Position numbers and translations under genes: made by a program. Shown one piece after another: positions 1 through 8,491 of a stretch of DNA of 64,000 bases. This DNA is from an uncultured delta proteobacterium (GTDB taxonomy: Bacteria; Desulfobacterota; Binatia; Binatales; Binataceae), in assembly GCA_963765675.1 (NCBI GenBank), contig CAVXXK010000001.1, positions 864,001 to 928,000 of the forward strand, given 5' to 3'. Below the pieces are notes generated by a model that ran no database searches, was not told the DNA's origin, and saw only the letters and a list, made by a program, of their open reading frames with translations. How positions within the stretch are numbered: the stretch's first letter is position 1; every line of letters begins with the position of its first letter.

Positions 1-193
1 AATCGCAACCTCGCTTCGGGAGCTCAATCGCGCGCTGGCAAAGCTAAAGGGCGACACGGTCGAAGAACTAACCGCCGCGCTGCGCGCGCCAGGCGCATAC
101 GCCCTGACGCTGAAAACGACCGGCTGCCAACTGATAATCCGCTTCGAGCCATCCGGCGTCCGCGTAGAATCGGTAGAACTGGCGCTGGACTAA
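1..193 (+). CDS. 3' end of a hypothetical protein (runs off the window start)
   Basis: Open frame from base 2 (IATSLRELNRAL...VESVELALD) to TAA at 191-193, with GC-rich codon usage; not in the ORF track because it has no start. Confidence 0.55.
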   Translation, partial: IATSLRELNRALAKLKGDTVEELTAALRAPGAYALTLKTTGCQLIIRFEPSGVRVESVELALD

Positions 194-272
194 TCCTGCC
201 TTCTGGATTGCGGTGTACCCGTGCAGTTTGCCCGGATTCCGCGTTATGTCAATCTTTGATATACAGGAGTCA

Positions 273-524
273 ATGGCTACCAACGTTCACCTCACAGAGG
301 AACTCGAGCGCTTTGCACGTAAGTGCGTGAAGAGCGGCCGCTACAATAGTGTGAGCGAGGTGGTTCGTTCAGGACTCCGATTGTTGCAAGAGGCAGACGA
401 TCGCCGCCGCCAGTTTCAAGCGATGCTGCGGGAGACCGAGTCGGAAGCCGAGCGTGATGGAACGTTCACTGTCGAAAGCGCTCTCGCCGAGGCTGACCGA
501 ATCATCAATGAAACACGCAGATGA
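273..524 (+). CDS. Type II antitoxin, ParD/ribbon-helix-helix family
   Basis: MATNVHLTEELERF...SGRYNSVSEVVRSGLRLL motif; AGGAG RBS before the ATG at 273; overlaps the toxin gene (ATGA). Confidence 0.85.
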   Translation: MATNVHLTEELERFARKCVKSGRYNSVSEVVRSGLRLLQEADDRRRQFQAMLRETESEAERDGTFTVESALAEADRIINETRR

Positions 525-829
525 GCGCGGCAATCGCTGCGGCGCTTTCGCCTCGCGCCCGGCGCGATTTGCTGGCCGCCGTACGCTGGATTGCTCGGGA
601 CAATCCAGCCGCTGCCCGCGCGCTTCGCAACTCTGTTGCCACGGCGGCCAAACGCATTGCGCGTCACGTCCAGATTGGCAGCATACGCCTCGATTGGGCG
701 GACGATCATTATCGGTTTCTGAGCCTGACTGGCTTCCCTTACGTGATCATCTACAATGCCGATCGCAACCCGCCCTTGATCGTTCGTATTCTCCATGGAG
801 CGCGGGACCTACCGGAAGAGCTGAAATAG
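521..829 (+). CDS. Type II toxin, RelE/ParE family
   Basis: LSPRARRDL...WIARDNPAAA...FPYVIIY...IVRILHGARDL pattern; coupled to the antitoxin. Confidence 0.85.
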   Translation: MSAAIAAALSPRARRDLLAAVRWIARDNPAAARALRNSVATAAKRIARHVQIGSIRLDWADDHYRFLSLTGFPYVIIYNADRNPPLIVRILHGARDLPEELK

Positions 830-953
830 CGTCAGCAAAGACACCGCGTTGACGCGCACCGTCGCGGGATTCCTGATCGAACCGCGAGACATCGCGTGGT
901 AGAGTTTTTCTTCGTGGCCGCGTGATACTCATCTATCCGCGACTATCTCGCTG

Positions 954-3167
954 ATGGACCCAAAGAACTGCCACTCAAGGTTTTTGCCGATGCCGCGAGT
1001 GTGCGCGCTAATCGCCATGATCAGCGCGGCGCTCGCGCTCGTGATCATTCCGGCGCGCTCGATTCGTGCCGCGTCGCCGACTCCGGTGGTTAGCTCGTCT
1101 TCCGCCCAGGGCAAGGCCACCACGCGAGCGCAGGCCTCCGCGATGCCGAACGCGCAGCCTTCCGTCGCGAACGCGCTCAAGGCAGTGACCGCGCCCGCAT
1201 CGCAATCCGCGATGCCCTCGGCGGCGGCGACGCCCGCGCCGGCAGACGCCACCGCGATCATCGCCTACCTAAGCGACGTCATAAGCTGGTATCGGCATCT
1301 CACCGTGGAAGCGCAGCTTATTCGCGAGCCAGAAGAGACCCTTTTCTATTCCAACGACGTCCAGACCGCCAATCAGGTCATCTCACTCGCATTCGTCTAT
1401 GCGCGCGCGCAAGTCGCGTACAACGCGAAAGTCGAGCCCGAAGCGCCGCAACCCGCCGCGCATGCGGGGTCGTTGGGCTTGAGTGATCTGCGGCAGAAAT
1501 CCGCGCAGGCCACCGCGGCCGTGGCGGCGGCACAGAAGCGCTTGAAGGATTTGCAGGCTGGCCTGGCCAAGGCTTCCGCGAGCAATCGCGCGACACTGAA
1601 CTCGCAGATCGCCGCGGTGCAGAGTGAGGTCGAGCTCGCACAGGCGCGCGCCGACGCGCTCTCCGCGATGGCCGAGTTTGTCGCGGGCAGCTCTAAGTCG
1701 GCGGGCGACGGGACCGGGCTGGCGGCGCAAATCGACGAGCTCGAACAGTCCGTTCCGCAGGTGAATGCCGCCGCCAACAAAGTCGTCCCGCAGACCGCAG
1801 AGCAGCCAGGGATAGGCGGAATAATCGGCATGACCTCGAATCTGCTCGACCTGCAGAATCAATCCCAATCCCTCGAGGCGACTGCCGCGCTCACCACCCA
1901 GCTACTGCAGCGGGTCAATGCGATGCGCGCGCCGCTGATCGCAGTGCTCCAGAACCTGGACAGGCGCGGCGTGGACCTTGCCAATCTGGCCAAGACCGGC
2001 AATCTGAACGATTTCCGCGAGCGCAGCACCAGCTACCAGAGACTGATCGACGCCCACAAACAGATTACCGCCACTCTTGTTCCGCTCAGCAAGCAGCAGG
2101 TGTTGCTGGCACTCTACGGCGATAACCTCTCGCGATGGCGCGCGTCAGTCGATCGGCGCGCGAGCCAGGAACTGCGTAGCCTCGTCGTCCGCCTGGTCGG
2201 ATTGCTCGCGATCCTCGGGCTGATCCTGGGCGGCGCATATCTGTGGCGCTACTTCACGGTGCGGTTCGTCGCCGATCCGCGCCGTCGTCATCAGCTTCTC
2301 GCCGCACGACGGCTGGTGATGTGGGTTCTGATTGTTTTCGTAATCCTGCTGAACTTCGCCAACCAGATAAGCTCGTTCGCCACTATCATGGGCTTCGCCG
2401 CGGCGGGTATCGCGGTCGCGCTGCAGAACGTGATCCTCTCGGTCGCTGGATATTTCTTTTTGATCGGACGCTTTGGAATCCGCGCCGGCGACCGGGTGCA
2501 GATAGGCACCGTGACCGGCGACGTGATCAGTATCGGCCTGGTCAAGCTCACCCTGATGGAGTTGGCCGGCTCCGACCGCCAGCCGACCGGCCGCGTGGTG
2601 GTCTATTCCAACGCGATCGTATTTCAACCCAGCGGCAATTTCTTCAAACAGGCTCCAGGAATGAGTTTCGTGTGGAACGAGGTGCGCCTGACCCTCGCAC
2701 CGGACTGCGACTATCGGCTCGCGGAAAAGCGCCTGATGGACGCGGTGGATGAGGTCTTCGCACGCTACCGTGACAAAGTGCAGGGCGACTTCCGCCATCT
2801 CGAATCCGATCTGCACGTCCTGCTCGATATTCCGCGTCCGAGCTCGCGGATGACGCTCACTTCCAACGGCCTCGAGATAATCATCCGCTATCCCGCCGGC
2901 GTGCGCACTTCATCGCAGGTGGCGGACGAGGTCACGCGTCGCGTGCTCGACGCGATTCGCCGCGAGCCGGCGCTAAAACTGGTCGCACCCGGAATTCCGA
3001 ATATCCAGCCGATCGAGGTTTCCGATCATGACGAGGCGGTTATCCCGAACGCGGGCGACAACGGCGACACCGCAGTAAAGACTATCGCGGCCGCCGCCGA
3101 ACGTCCCGATGACGTCGACGCCGCGCGCGCTGCTGCTGCGGCGAAAGCGCCGGGCGCGAAAAGCTAA
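954..3167 (+). CDS. Mechanosensitive ion channel (MscS family) with a large periplasmic coiled-coil N-terminus
   Basis: Signal/TM segment, helical region, TM helices, GIAVALQN...GDRVQIG..TGDV MscS signature; start uncertain. Confidence 0.85.
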   Translation: MDPKNCHSRFLPMPRVCALIAMISAALALVIIPARSIRAASPTPVVSSSSAQGKATTRAQASAMPNAQPSVANALKAVTAPASQSAMPSAAATPAPADATAIIAYLSDVISWYRHLTVEAQLIREPEETLFYSNDVQTANQVISLAFVYARAQVAYNAKVEPEAPQPAAHAGSLGLSDLRQKSAQATAAVAAAQKRLKDLQAGLAKASASNRATLNSQIAAVQSEVELAQARADALSAMAEFVAGSSKSAGDGTGLAAQIDELEQSVPQVNAAANKVVPQTAEQPGIGGIIGMTSNLLDLQNQSQSLEATAALTTQLLQRVNAMRAPLIAVLQNLDRRGVDLANLAKTGNLNDFRERSTSYQRLIDAHKQITATLVPLSKQQVLLALYGDNLSRWRASVDRRASQELRSLVVRLVGLLAILGLILGGAYLWRYFTVRFVADPRRRHQLLAARRLVMWVLIVFVILLNFANQISSFATIMGFAAAGIAVALQNVILSVAGYFFLIGRFGIRAGDRVQIGTVTGDVISIGLVKLTLMELAGSDRQPTGRVVVYSNAIVFQPSGNFFKQAPGMSFVWNEVRLTLAPDCDYRLAEKRLMDAVDEVFARYRDKVQGDFRHLESDLHVLLDIPRPSSRMTLTSNGLEIIIRYPAGVRTSSQVADEVTRRVLDAIRREPALKLVAPGIPNIQPIEVSDHDEAVIPNAGDNGDTAVKTIAAAAERPDDVDAARAAAAAKAPGAKS

Positions 3168-3173
3168 GCGGAC

Positions 3174-3545
3174 CTAATGCGCCGCGGTCTGGTTGAAGAC
3201 GTTATCGACGATATCGGCCAGCTCGGGAATTCGATATCGCTCGCCGCTGTACGCCTTGTAGATCAGGAACAGCCAGAAAATCGCCAACACGATGTTGACC
3301 AGATCGAGGATCACTCCCAGGAGCGCGCCCAGCGCATGCGGTAGCACCGCGATAAATACGCCAAACACAATCTCGACCGCGAACCACAGCACCGAGAATC
3401 CTATGGATTGGCGCGCATGGAACCTCACGTAGTCGTCCTGGCTGTAGGGTTCCAGGTACAAGAAGATGATTCCGGTCACGAAGAAGCCCAGATAGGTCAC
3501 CGCCGCAATTACGTTGTTCGGTTGTCGGGATGCTTCCCCACTCAT
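3174..3545 (-). CDS. DUF4870-like membrane protein
   Basis: Three TM segments with VRFHARQS and KAYSGERYRIP motifs; GGAGG RBS. Confidence 0.75.
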   Translation of the reverse strand: MSGEASRQPNNVIAAVTYLGFFVTGIIFLYLEPYSQDDYVRFHARQSIGFSVLWFAVEIVFGVFIAVLPHALGALLGVILDLVNIVLAIFWLFLIYKAYSGERYRIPELADIVDNVFNQTAAH

Positions 3546-3728
3546 CGCCAATCCTCCTTGCAAACTCAGCGAACTCACCGCTCCCGAGGAATCTTCGCCA
3601 TAGTCTGTTGAGACGAATATGTGTACTCAAAGCATCGCATGCAACGCAATCGCGCGATGCAGCCCCTTGATGGCAGCGCGCCCCGGTGCCATGAATTGGA
3701 ACATCTCCACGAGGAGGACCATTGTGCG

Positions 3729-3908
3729 ATGGCGATAGAAGTCACCTATGACCGCAAGATCTGCATCCATTCGGGAAACTGCGTGAAGACTCTGCCGCAG
3801 GTGTTCAAAGTCGAAAACGGAAAATTCGTAATCGACACCTCCGCTGCCGAAGAATCAAAGGTGCGGGCAACCGTGGCCGCCTGCCCCTCCCACGCGCTCA
3901 AGATCTGA
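3729..3908 (+). CDS. Divergent 4Fe-4S mono-cluster protein (YjdI/Fer4_19-like)
   Basis: CIHSGNCV...CPSHAL; GAGGAGG RBS upstream. Confidence 0.8.
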   Translation: MAIEVTYDRKICIHSGNCVKTLPQVFKVENGKFVIDTSAAEESKVRATVAACPSHALKI

Positions 3909-3923
3909 CTCCTTCTCCATTAC

Positions 3924-4209
3924 CTCTCCCTCCCGGAGAGCTTTGCATAACCTGCCGGAAGAGTGTGCCGGTGCGGAGGGCGAGATTCTTCGCGGTTGCT
4001 GCCATTCGACGGGACGCGCACCTCACCATCTGCATCGCTTGTACGCGCTCGGAATGACAATTCCTCCTGGCTTTGTGTCATTCCGAGCCGCCGAGACAGT
4101 GCACCTCGTTCCATCCACATCACGTTGAACGGCAAGAGTTGCGAGGAATCTCGCCCTCCCCACCGGCACACTTTGCCGAAGAATTACGAAAAGGTCTCCT
4201 CCGAAAGAG
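3924..4209. repeat. Long imperfect inverted repeat between convergent genes (GTCATTCCGAGC-type repeat pair)
   Basis: Outer arms AGTGTGCCGGTGCGGAGGGCGAGATTC / GAATCTCGCCCTCCCCACCGGCACACT; inner arms GCTCGGAATGACA / TGTCATTCCGAGC. Confidence 0.8.
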
Positions 4210-4249
4210 TGCGACGGGGCGCGCAGGCGAGGGGGCTGCTCTGCGGCCG

Positions 4250-4702
4250 CTACTTTCTGTGCTTGCCCATCGAGTCTTCGAACCGCGTGAGCGTTGCGTC
4301 TGTATGACGGCCGGTCGCGACCGCTTCGAGCTGGGTGCGGATGCGATTTGCCAGTTGATGCCGAAATACCGGCTTCGCCAGGAAGTCGCTGACACCCAGA
4401 CGGATTCCTTCCGCGCGCGCGTCCAGATCGTCGCGGGCGGTGATCATGATGATTGGAATTTCGGCGGTGTCCGGATTGTTCTTGAGCGCCTTGCACACCT
4501 GAAAACCGTCCATTCCCGGCATCATCAGGTCGAGCAGGATCAAATCGACGTCTTTCTCGAGTACTATTTTGAGGCATTCCGGACCCGAACTGGCCTCGAG
4601 CGGCACAAATCCCTCGCGCTCCAGATGACGCGCCAGAATTGTGACAGTGTCCGGATCGTCGTCGACCACGAGAATTTGGGGCAACTGATTCGATTCGTCC
4701 AT
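4250..4702 (-). CDS. Single-domain response regulator (receiver)
   Basis: ILVVDDD, DLILLDLMMPGMDG, ITA and KP receiver motifs. Confidence 0.9.
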   Translation of the reverse strand: MDESNQLPQILVVDDDPDTVTILARHLEREGFVPLEASSGPECLKIVLEKDVDLILLDLMMPGMDGFQVCKALKNNPDTAEIPIIMITARDDLDARAEGIRLGVSDFLAKPVFRHQLANRIRTQLEAVATGRHTDATLTRFEDSMGKHRK

Positions 4703-4718
4703 TTTCGTCTTAGGACCT

Positions 4719-5756
4719 TCAAGCTTCTTCGCTTTCGTCCGAAGAGGCTTGCGCTATCACGCCGCAACGCCGCAGCTTGGCCGCAAAAGTTGTGCGCTTG
4801 AGGCCCAGCAGCTTCGCGGCCGCCTGCTTGTTCCCGCCGGTCTGCTTCAGCGCCTCATTGATCAATCTACCTTCCAATTCCCGTACCAGAGCCGGAAGAT
4901 TGACGCCTCCGTTGGCCAATGATTCCGGTATCGCGGGCAATTCCGGACGCGGCTTCGAGAGCATCGCCGGCGGCAGAATACCGATGTCGATCACCGGACC
5001 GTCGCACAGGATCGCCAGCCGCTCGACCAGGTTTTCGAGTTCGCGCACATTGCCGGGCCAGTCATAGGACCATAGATGAACCATCGCCTCGCGGCTGACG
5101 GTCAACTGGCGGCCGGGAGCGCGCGAGCGGATGCGTTCGAGGAAGTGTTCGATCAAAAGCGGGATATCGGCGCGGCGCTCGCGCAGCGGAGCAATAACTA
5201 TCGGGACCACCTGGAGCCGGTAGAAAAGATCTTCGCGAAACGCGCCGCGTTTGACCGCGCCCGCCAGGTCGCTGTTGCTGGCGGCGATCAGGCGCGCGTC
5301 GATTCGGATCCCGCGGTCGGAGCCGACCGGCCGCACGATTCCGTCTTCGAGCACGCGCAAGAGCTTGGCCTGCAGTGCAAGCGGCATCTCGCCAATTTCG
5401 TCGAGGAAAATCGTGCCGCCGTCGGCGCTACTGAACAATCCATGGCGCGAGCCTGCCGCGCCGGTGAAGGCGCCGCGCTCATGCCCGAACATCTCGGACT
5501 CGAGCAGATCGTGCGGAATCGCCGCACAGTTTACCGGAACAAAAGCCCGCGCGCGGCGCGGCGCACGCGCATGAATCGCCTGCGCTACTACTTCTTTGCC
5601 GGTGCCGCTCTCGCCTGTAATCAGCACCGTCGCGTCGGTCGGTGCCACACGCTCGACCAGCGCGCGCAGCTTTACGATCGTCGGATGCGATCCGATCAGA
5701 ACCTGCTCGAGCGCGGGCGTCTGGCCCTGCTCGGCAATGTTGGCGCGTGAAGCCAC
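4719..5756 (-). CDS. Sigma-54-dependent transcriptional activator (AAA+ plus Fis HTH) with no N-terminal sensor domain
   Basis: GESGTGKE Walker A, GAFTGA, FLDEIGE, WPGNVREL, C-terminal HTH. Confidence 0.9.
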   Translation of the reverse strand: MASRANIAEQGQTPALEQVLIGSHPTIVKLRALVERVAPTDATVLITGESGTGKEVVAQAIHARAPRRARAFVPVNCAAIPHDLLESEMFGHERGAFTGAAGSRHGLFSSADGGTIFLDEIGEMPLALQAKLLRVLEDGIVRPVGSDRGIRIDARLIAASNSDLAGAVKRGAFREDLFYRLQVVPIVIAPLRERRADIPLLIEHFLERIRSRAPGRQLTVSREAMVHLWSYDWPGNVRELENLVERLAILCDGPVIDIGILPPAMLSKPRPELPAIPESLANGGVNLPALVRELEGRLINEALKQTGGNKQAAAKLLGLKRTTFAAKLRRCGVIAQASSDESEEA

Positions 5757-5815
5757 CCCTTTTCCTTCTGACGGCCCTGCTCGCGCCGGTCACCATCATT
5801 CAGGAATAAATTGTG

Positions 5816-6388
5816 TCACGCCCGTCGCATAGTTGACAAGCAGTTAACAAATCGATGCGAAGAAAAGCGCGCGGCGGCGCGCCTAATCACGGCTGGTGCG
5901 ATTTTCTGACGATAGATCGCGGCCTGACCCGGCCCTTCCGCAACCGAAATTTCAAGAGTGGTAGCGTCGGAAAGCGCACCGCGAGCAGCGAGCGCATCAT
6001 GAAGTTCATTCCAGATATAGCGCGCAAGCTCCTCGGCCGAGCTATGCACGATCGGCGCAAGGAAGACGTCGGCAGCGGGAAAAATAAATTCGTCGCGCTC
6101 GTAGATCACGCGAATCTTTGCACCGGGCAAGTGATCGATCTTTAGACAATCGCTCTTTTCCGGGATGATCGTGTGCTCGTCGAGACGGTCGAGAATTTCC
6201 TTGGTGAGCTTTTTTATCAGACCGAAATCGATCACGTAGCCGGTCGCCAAAAGCGGCCCCTCGACGCGCACTCCGACCTGGTAGTTATGTCCGTGCAGCG
6301 GCTCGCGAAACCCCGGATAGGCGATAAAATGCGCGGACGAGAACTTGAGCCTCTCCTTCGCCACGTGAATCGAGAACTCGCTCGCCAT
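5816..6388 (-). CDS. 6-pyruvoyl-tetrahydropterin synthase / QueD-like T-fold protein
   Basis: FSSAHF...LHGHNY, VIDFG, SSAEELA and EGPGQ motifs. Confidence 0.85.
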   Translation of the reverse strand: MASEFSIHVAKERLKFSSAHFIAYPGFREPLHGHNYQVGVRVEGPLLATGYVIDFGLIKKLTKEILDRLDEHTIIPEKSDCLKIDHLPGAKIRVIYERDEFIFPAADVFLAPIVHSSAEELARYIWNELHDALAARGALSDATTLEISVAEGPGQAAIYRQKIAPAVIRRAAARFSSHRFVNCLSTMRRA

Positions 6389-6398
6389 GTTTCGACTC

Positions 6399-7316
6399 TT
6401 ATCCGACGCTCACCCGGTTGAGAAGCGCGAGGATCGGCTCGAGCGCCGGATCAATTCCGCTCGCGCCGAACCGCTCGTGATAGGCATGCGTCGCGAGCGA
6501 GGTCGCGGCGGCGAAACGCTCAGTCTCGCCAGCCGCGGCGATACGAAGGCATTCGCCAAGCTCTCGCGTCCAATCCGAATCCGCGTCGAACTCCTGGGCC
6601 AGATCGCCAACCGCAAGTCCGTGCAATCCGCCTATCAGGCATTCTGCGTAATAGCCAATCTGGCCCGCGCGATCGATTTCGAGCGATTTGATCGCAAGCG
6701 CCGAGCCGAGCGAATGCATCCGATCGATGCCGAATTCGCGCCGGCGCGAGACCACGGTATCGTCGCCGCTGCCGTCGAAGCCGGAACCGATCGCAACGAT
6801 CGCGACACGCCCGTCCGAGATAGGCACCGGATGGAACACGTAGCCGGGAGAGGTGTAGCCGACGAGATCGCGCAGCGCGCGGCGGTATTCGAGCAAATCG
6901 AACCGGGTTTCTTGCGCGATGCGCATGAGGAAATCACCAAGGCGGGCGCCGGCGGCATCTGCAAGCGCGATCAGGCGCTGGAACATCGCGGGATCATATT
7001 CCTCGCGCCGCGCGATCATCGCGGCCGAGCTGCGTTCGAAGGTCAGCAGGAGCCCGCCAAATTCGTGTTCAGCTCCGCGGCCGCGGCCCGCACGTGCGCT
7101 GATCGGAGCCGCGCGATCGATGGGCTCGATATCCATCGCAAGGTAGCTGCCATGGCTCGAAGGCTTGGCGAGTCCGCGGCGCGCGTTGCTGACGAGCGCA
7201 GGCTCGGCGTCGATCGCGGTCAGGCGGCTTGCTCCGCCGCGACGCTTGGCCATCAGGCCGTACCCGCTCAGCAGCGAGCCGTATCCAAGGACGAGGAGGC
7301 GCGCGTTCGGTTCCAC
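6399..7316 (-). CDS. Hypothetical protein with a gamma-glutamylcyclotransferase-like N-terminus
   Basis: VLGYGSLL and IARREEY resemble GGCT/ChaC motifs; abuts both neighbours, so likely operonic. Confidence 0.55.
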   Translation of the reverse strand: MEPNARLLVLGYGSLLSGYGLMAKRRGGASRLTAIDAEPALVSNARRGLAKPSSHGSYLAMDIEPIDRAAPISARAGRGRGAEHEFGGLLLTFERSSAAMIARREEYDPAMFQRLIALADAAGARLGDFLMRIAQETRFDLLEYRRALRDLVGYTSPGYVFHPVPISDGRVAIVAIGSGFDGSGDDTVVSRRREFGIDRMHSLGSALAIKSLEIDRAGQIGYYAECLIGGLHGLAVGDLAQEFDADSDWTRELGECLRIAAAGETERFAAATSLATHAYHERFGASGIDPALEPILALLNRVSVG

Positions 7317-8432
7317 TCAGATATCTTCGACCGGCGGATAATATTTTTTGTCGCCGAGTTCGTCGACTGCGTTCCAGAATTCGGCGCCCGACGCACTCAT
7401 CGGATTGGTCGGATCCTTCAGAGACATCGCCTGCCGCTTGTAGTTCCAGCTCTCCGGGCGCAACCCGCGCGCAACCGCGAAATATTTCTGCGCGGCTTCC
7501 GCGTACCCGGATTCGTTCAGATATTCGCCGAGCCGGAAATTCGCCGCCGCACGCACCTCGTTGTCTCCAGGCGTATGCATCCGGCGCAGGACCTCGGCCT
7601 CGCTGAGCGCGAACTTGCTCGCGGCTCCCTTGGCGACCCAGTCGCGGATCGCGTTCTGGTAGGCCAGGCGCTTGGCCTGCATCTCCTTCATCGATTCCTC
7701 GGGCATCGCGAAGGTTTTGCGATCGAGCGTGCGAAACGCGTCGGTCGAGCCCGCCGCCTCGCTCGGCCGCACGATACGTCCGCGCTCATCGATCCACACG
7801 GCGGTCGGCACGTTCACCATGTCGTAGAGTTCCGCAACAATATGGCGCATATCGATCACGCAGGGATATGTCGGCTTTGCGGCGGTAATCCACGGCTCGA
7901 CCGCCTGTTTTCCGCCACTATCGAATGCCACCGCTATCGGAACGAAGCCTTTGCTCCCCAGTTCCTCGTACATCGCCTGCCACACGGGCAGGTCCATTCG
8001 GCATCCTCACCAAGAGGCCCACGAGACGAGCAGAACTTTCCTGCCGCGATAATCCGACAGTGAATGCATCCGGCCCGCGAGATCCGGCAGCGAGAAATCC
8101 GGCGCCTCGAGCGATTTGAGCGCGCGTGTGCGTTCGGCCGCCGCCTCTCCGACGCACCACGCATGATGCTCCTGGTCGGCGACGATTGGCTGTCCGAGCA
8201 ACTCTGCAATTGCGGCAAGGTTGAAGCGGTTGCCATCTGCGAATTCGCCCGCACGCGCGGGAGGCACCGGAACGCACACTGCGCCCTTGCAGAAACCCTC
8301 GGGCTTGAAAATCCATCCCGTCGCGCGCTCGAGGTCGTCGGCCCGAAGCCACGGCGCAGCGCCGCGAACCTCGGCCGGAACACCCGTCGTCAGGCGTTCG
8401 CCATAGATTAAATTGATTGGAGTGTCAGCCAT
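7317..8432 (-). CDS. TlpA/AhpC-TSA (Prx-like) thiol oxidoreductase with an in-frame UGA, probable selenocysteine (WASW-U-GC)
   Basis: ORFs 8007-8465 and 7317-7997 are in the same frame, separated only by TGA GGA TGC CGA; TGA falls at the redox-Cys position; hairpin just downstream; AGGAG RBS before the ATG at 8432. Confidence 0.8.
7976..7992 (-). promoter_or_regulatory. Putative bacterial SECIS stem-loop
   Basis: mRNA CCUGCC-CGUGU-GGCAGG begins 14 nt after the UGA; G at loop position 2. Confidence 0.6.
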
Positions 8433-8491
8433 CGAAACTCTCCTGGACTCGCTACCGAGCCGCAATTATTTTAGCGCCCGCACCGCCGTGG

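Noticed and set aside
3924-4209. Structured ncRNA or riboswitch
   Set aside because: Lies between convergent genes and is built from a repeat family also seen at 28430-28619; no known RNA motif recognised.
6387-8063. 558-aa plus-strand ORF (and similar long shadows at 27073-28707, 45782-47014, 59683-60867)
   Set aside because: Antisense to well-supported genes; typical high-GC shadow ORFs with no recognisable motifs.
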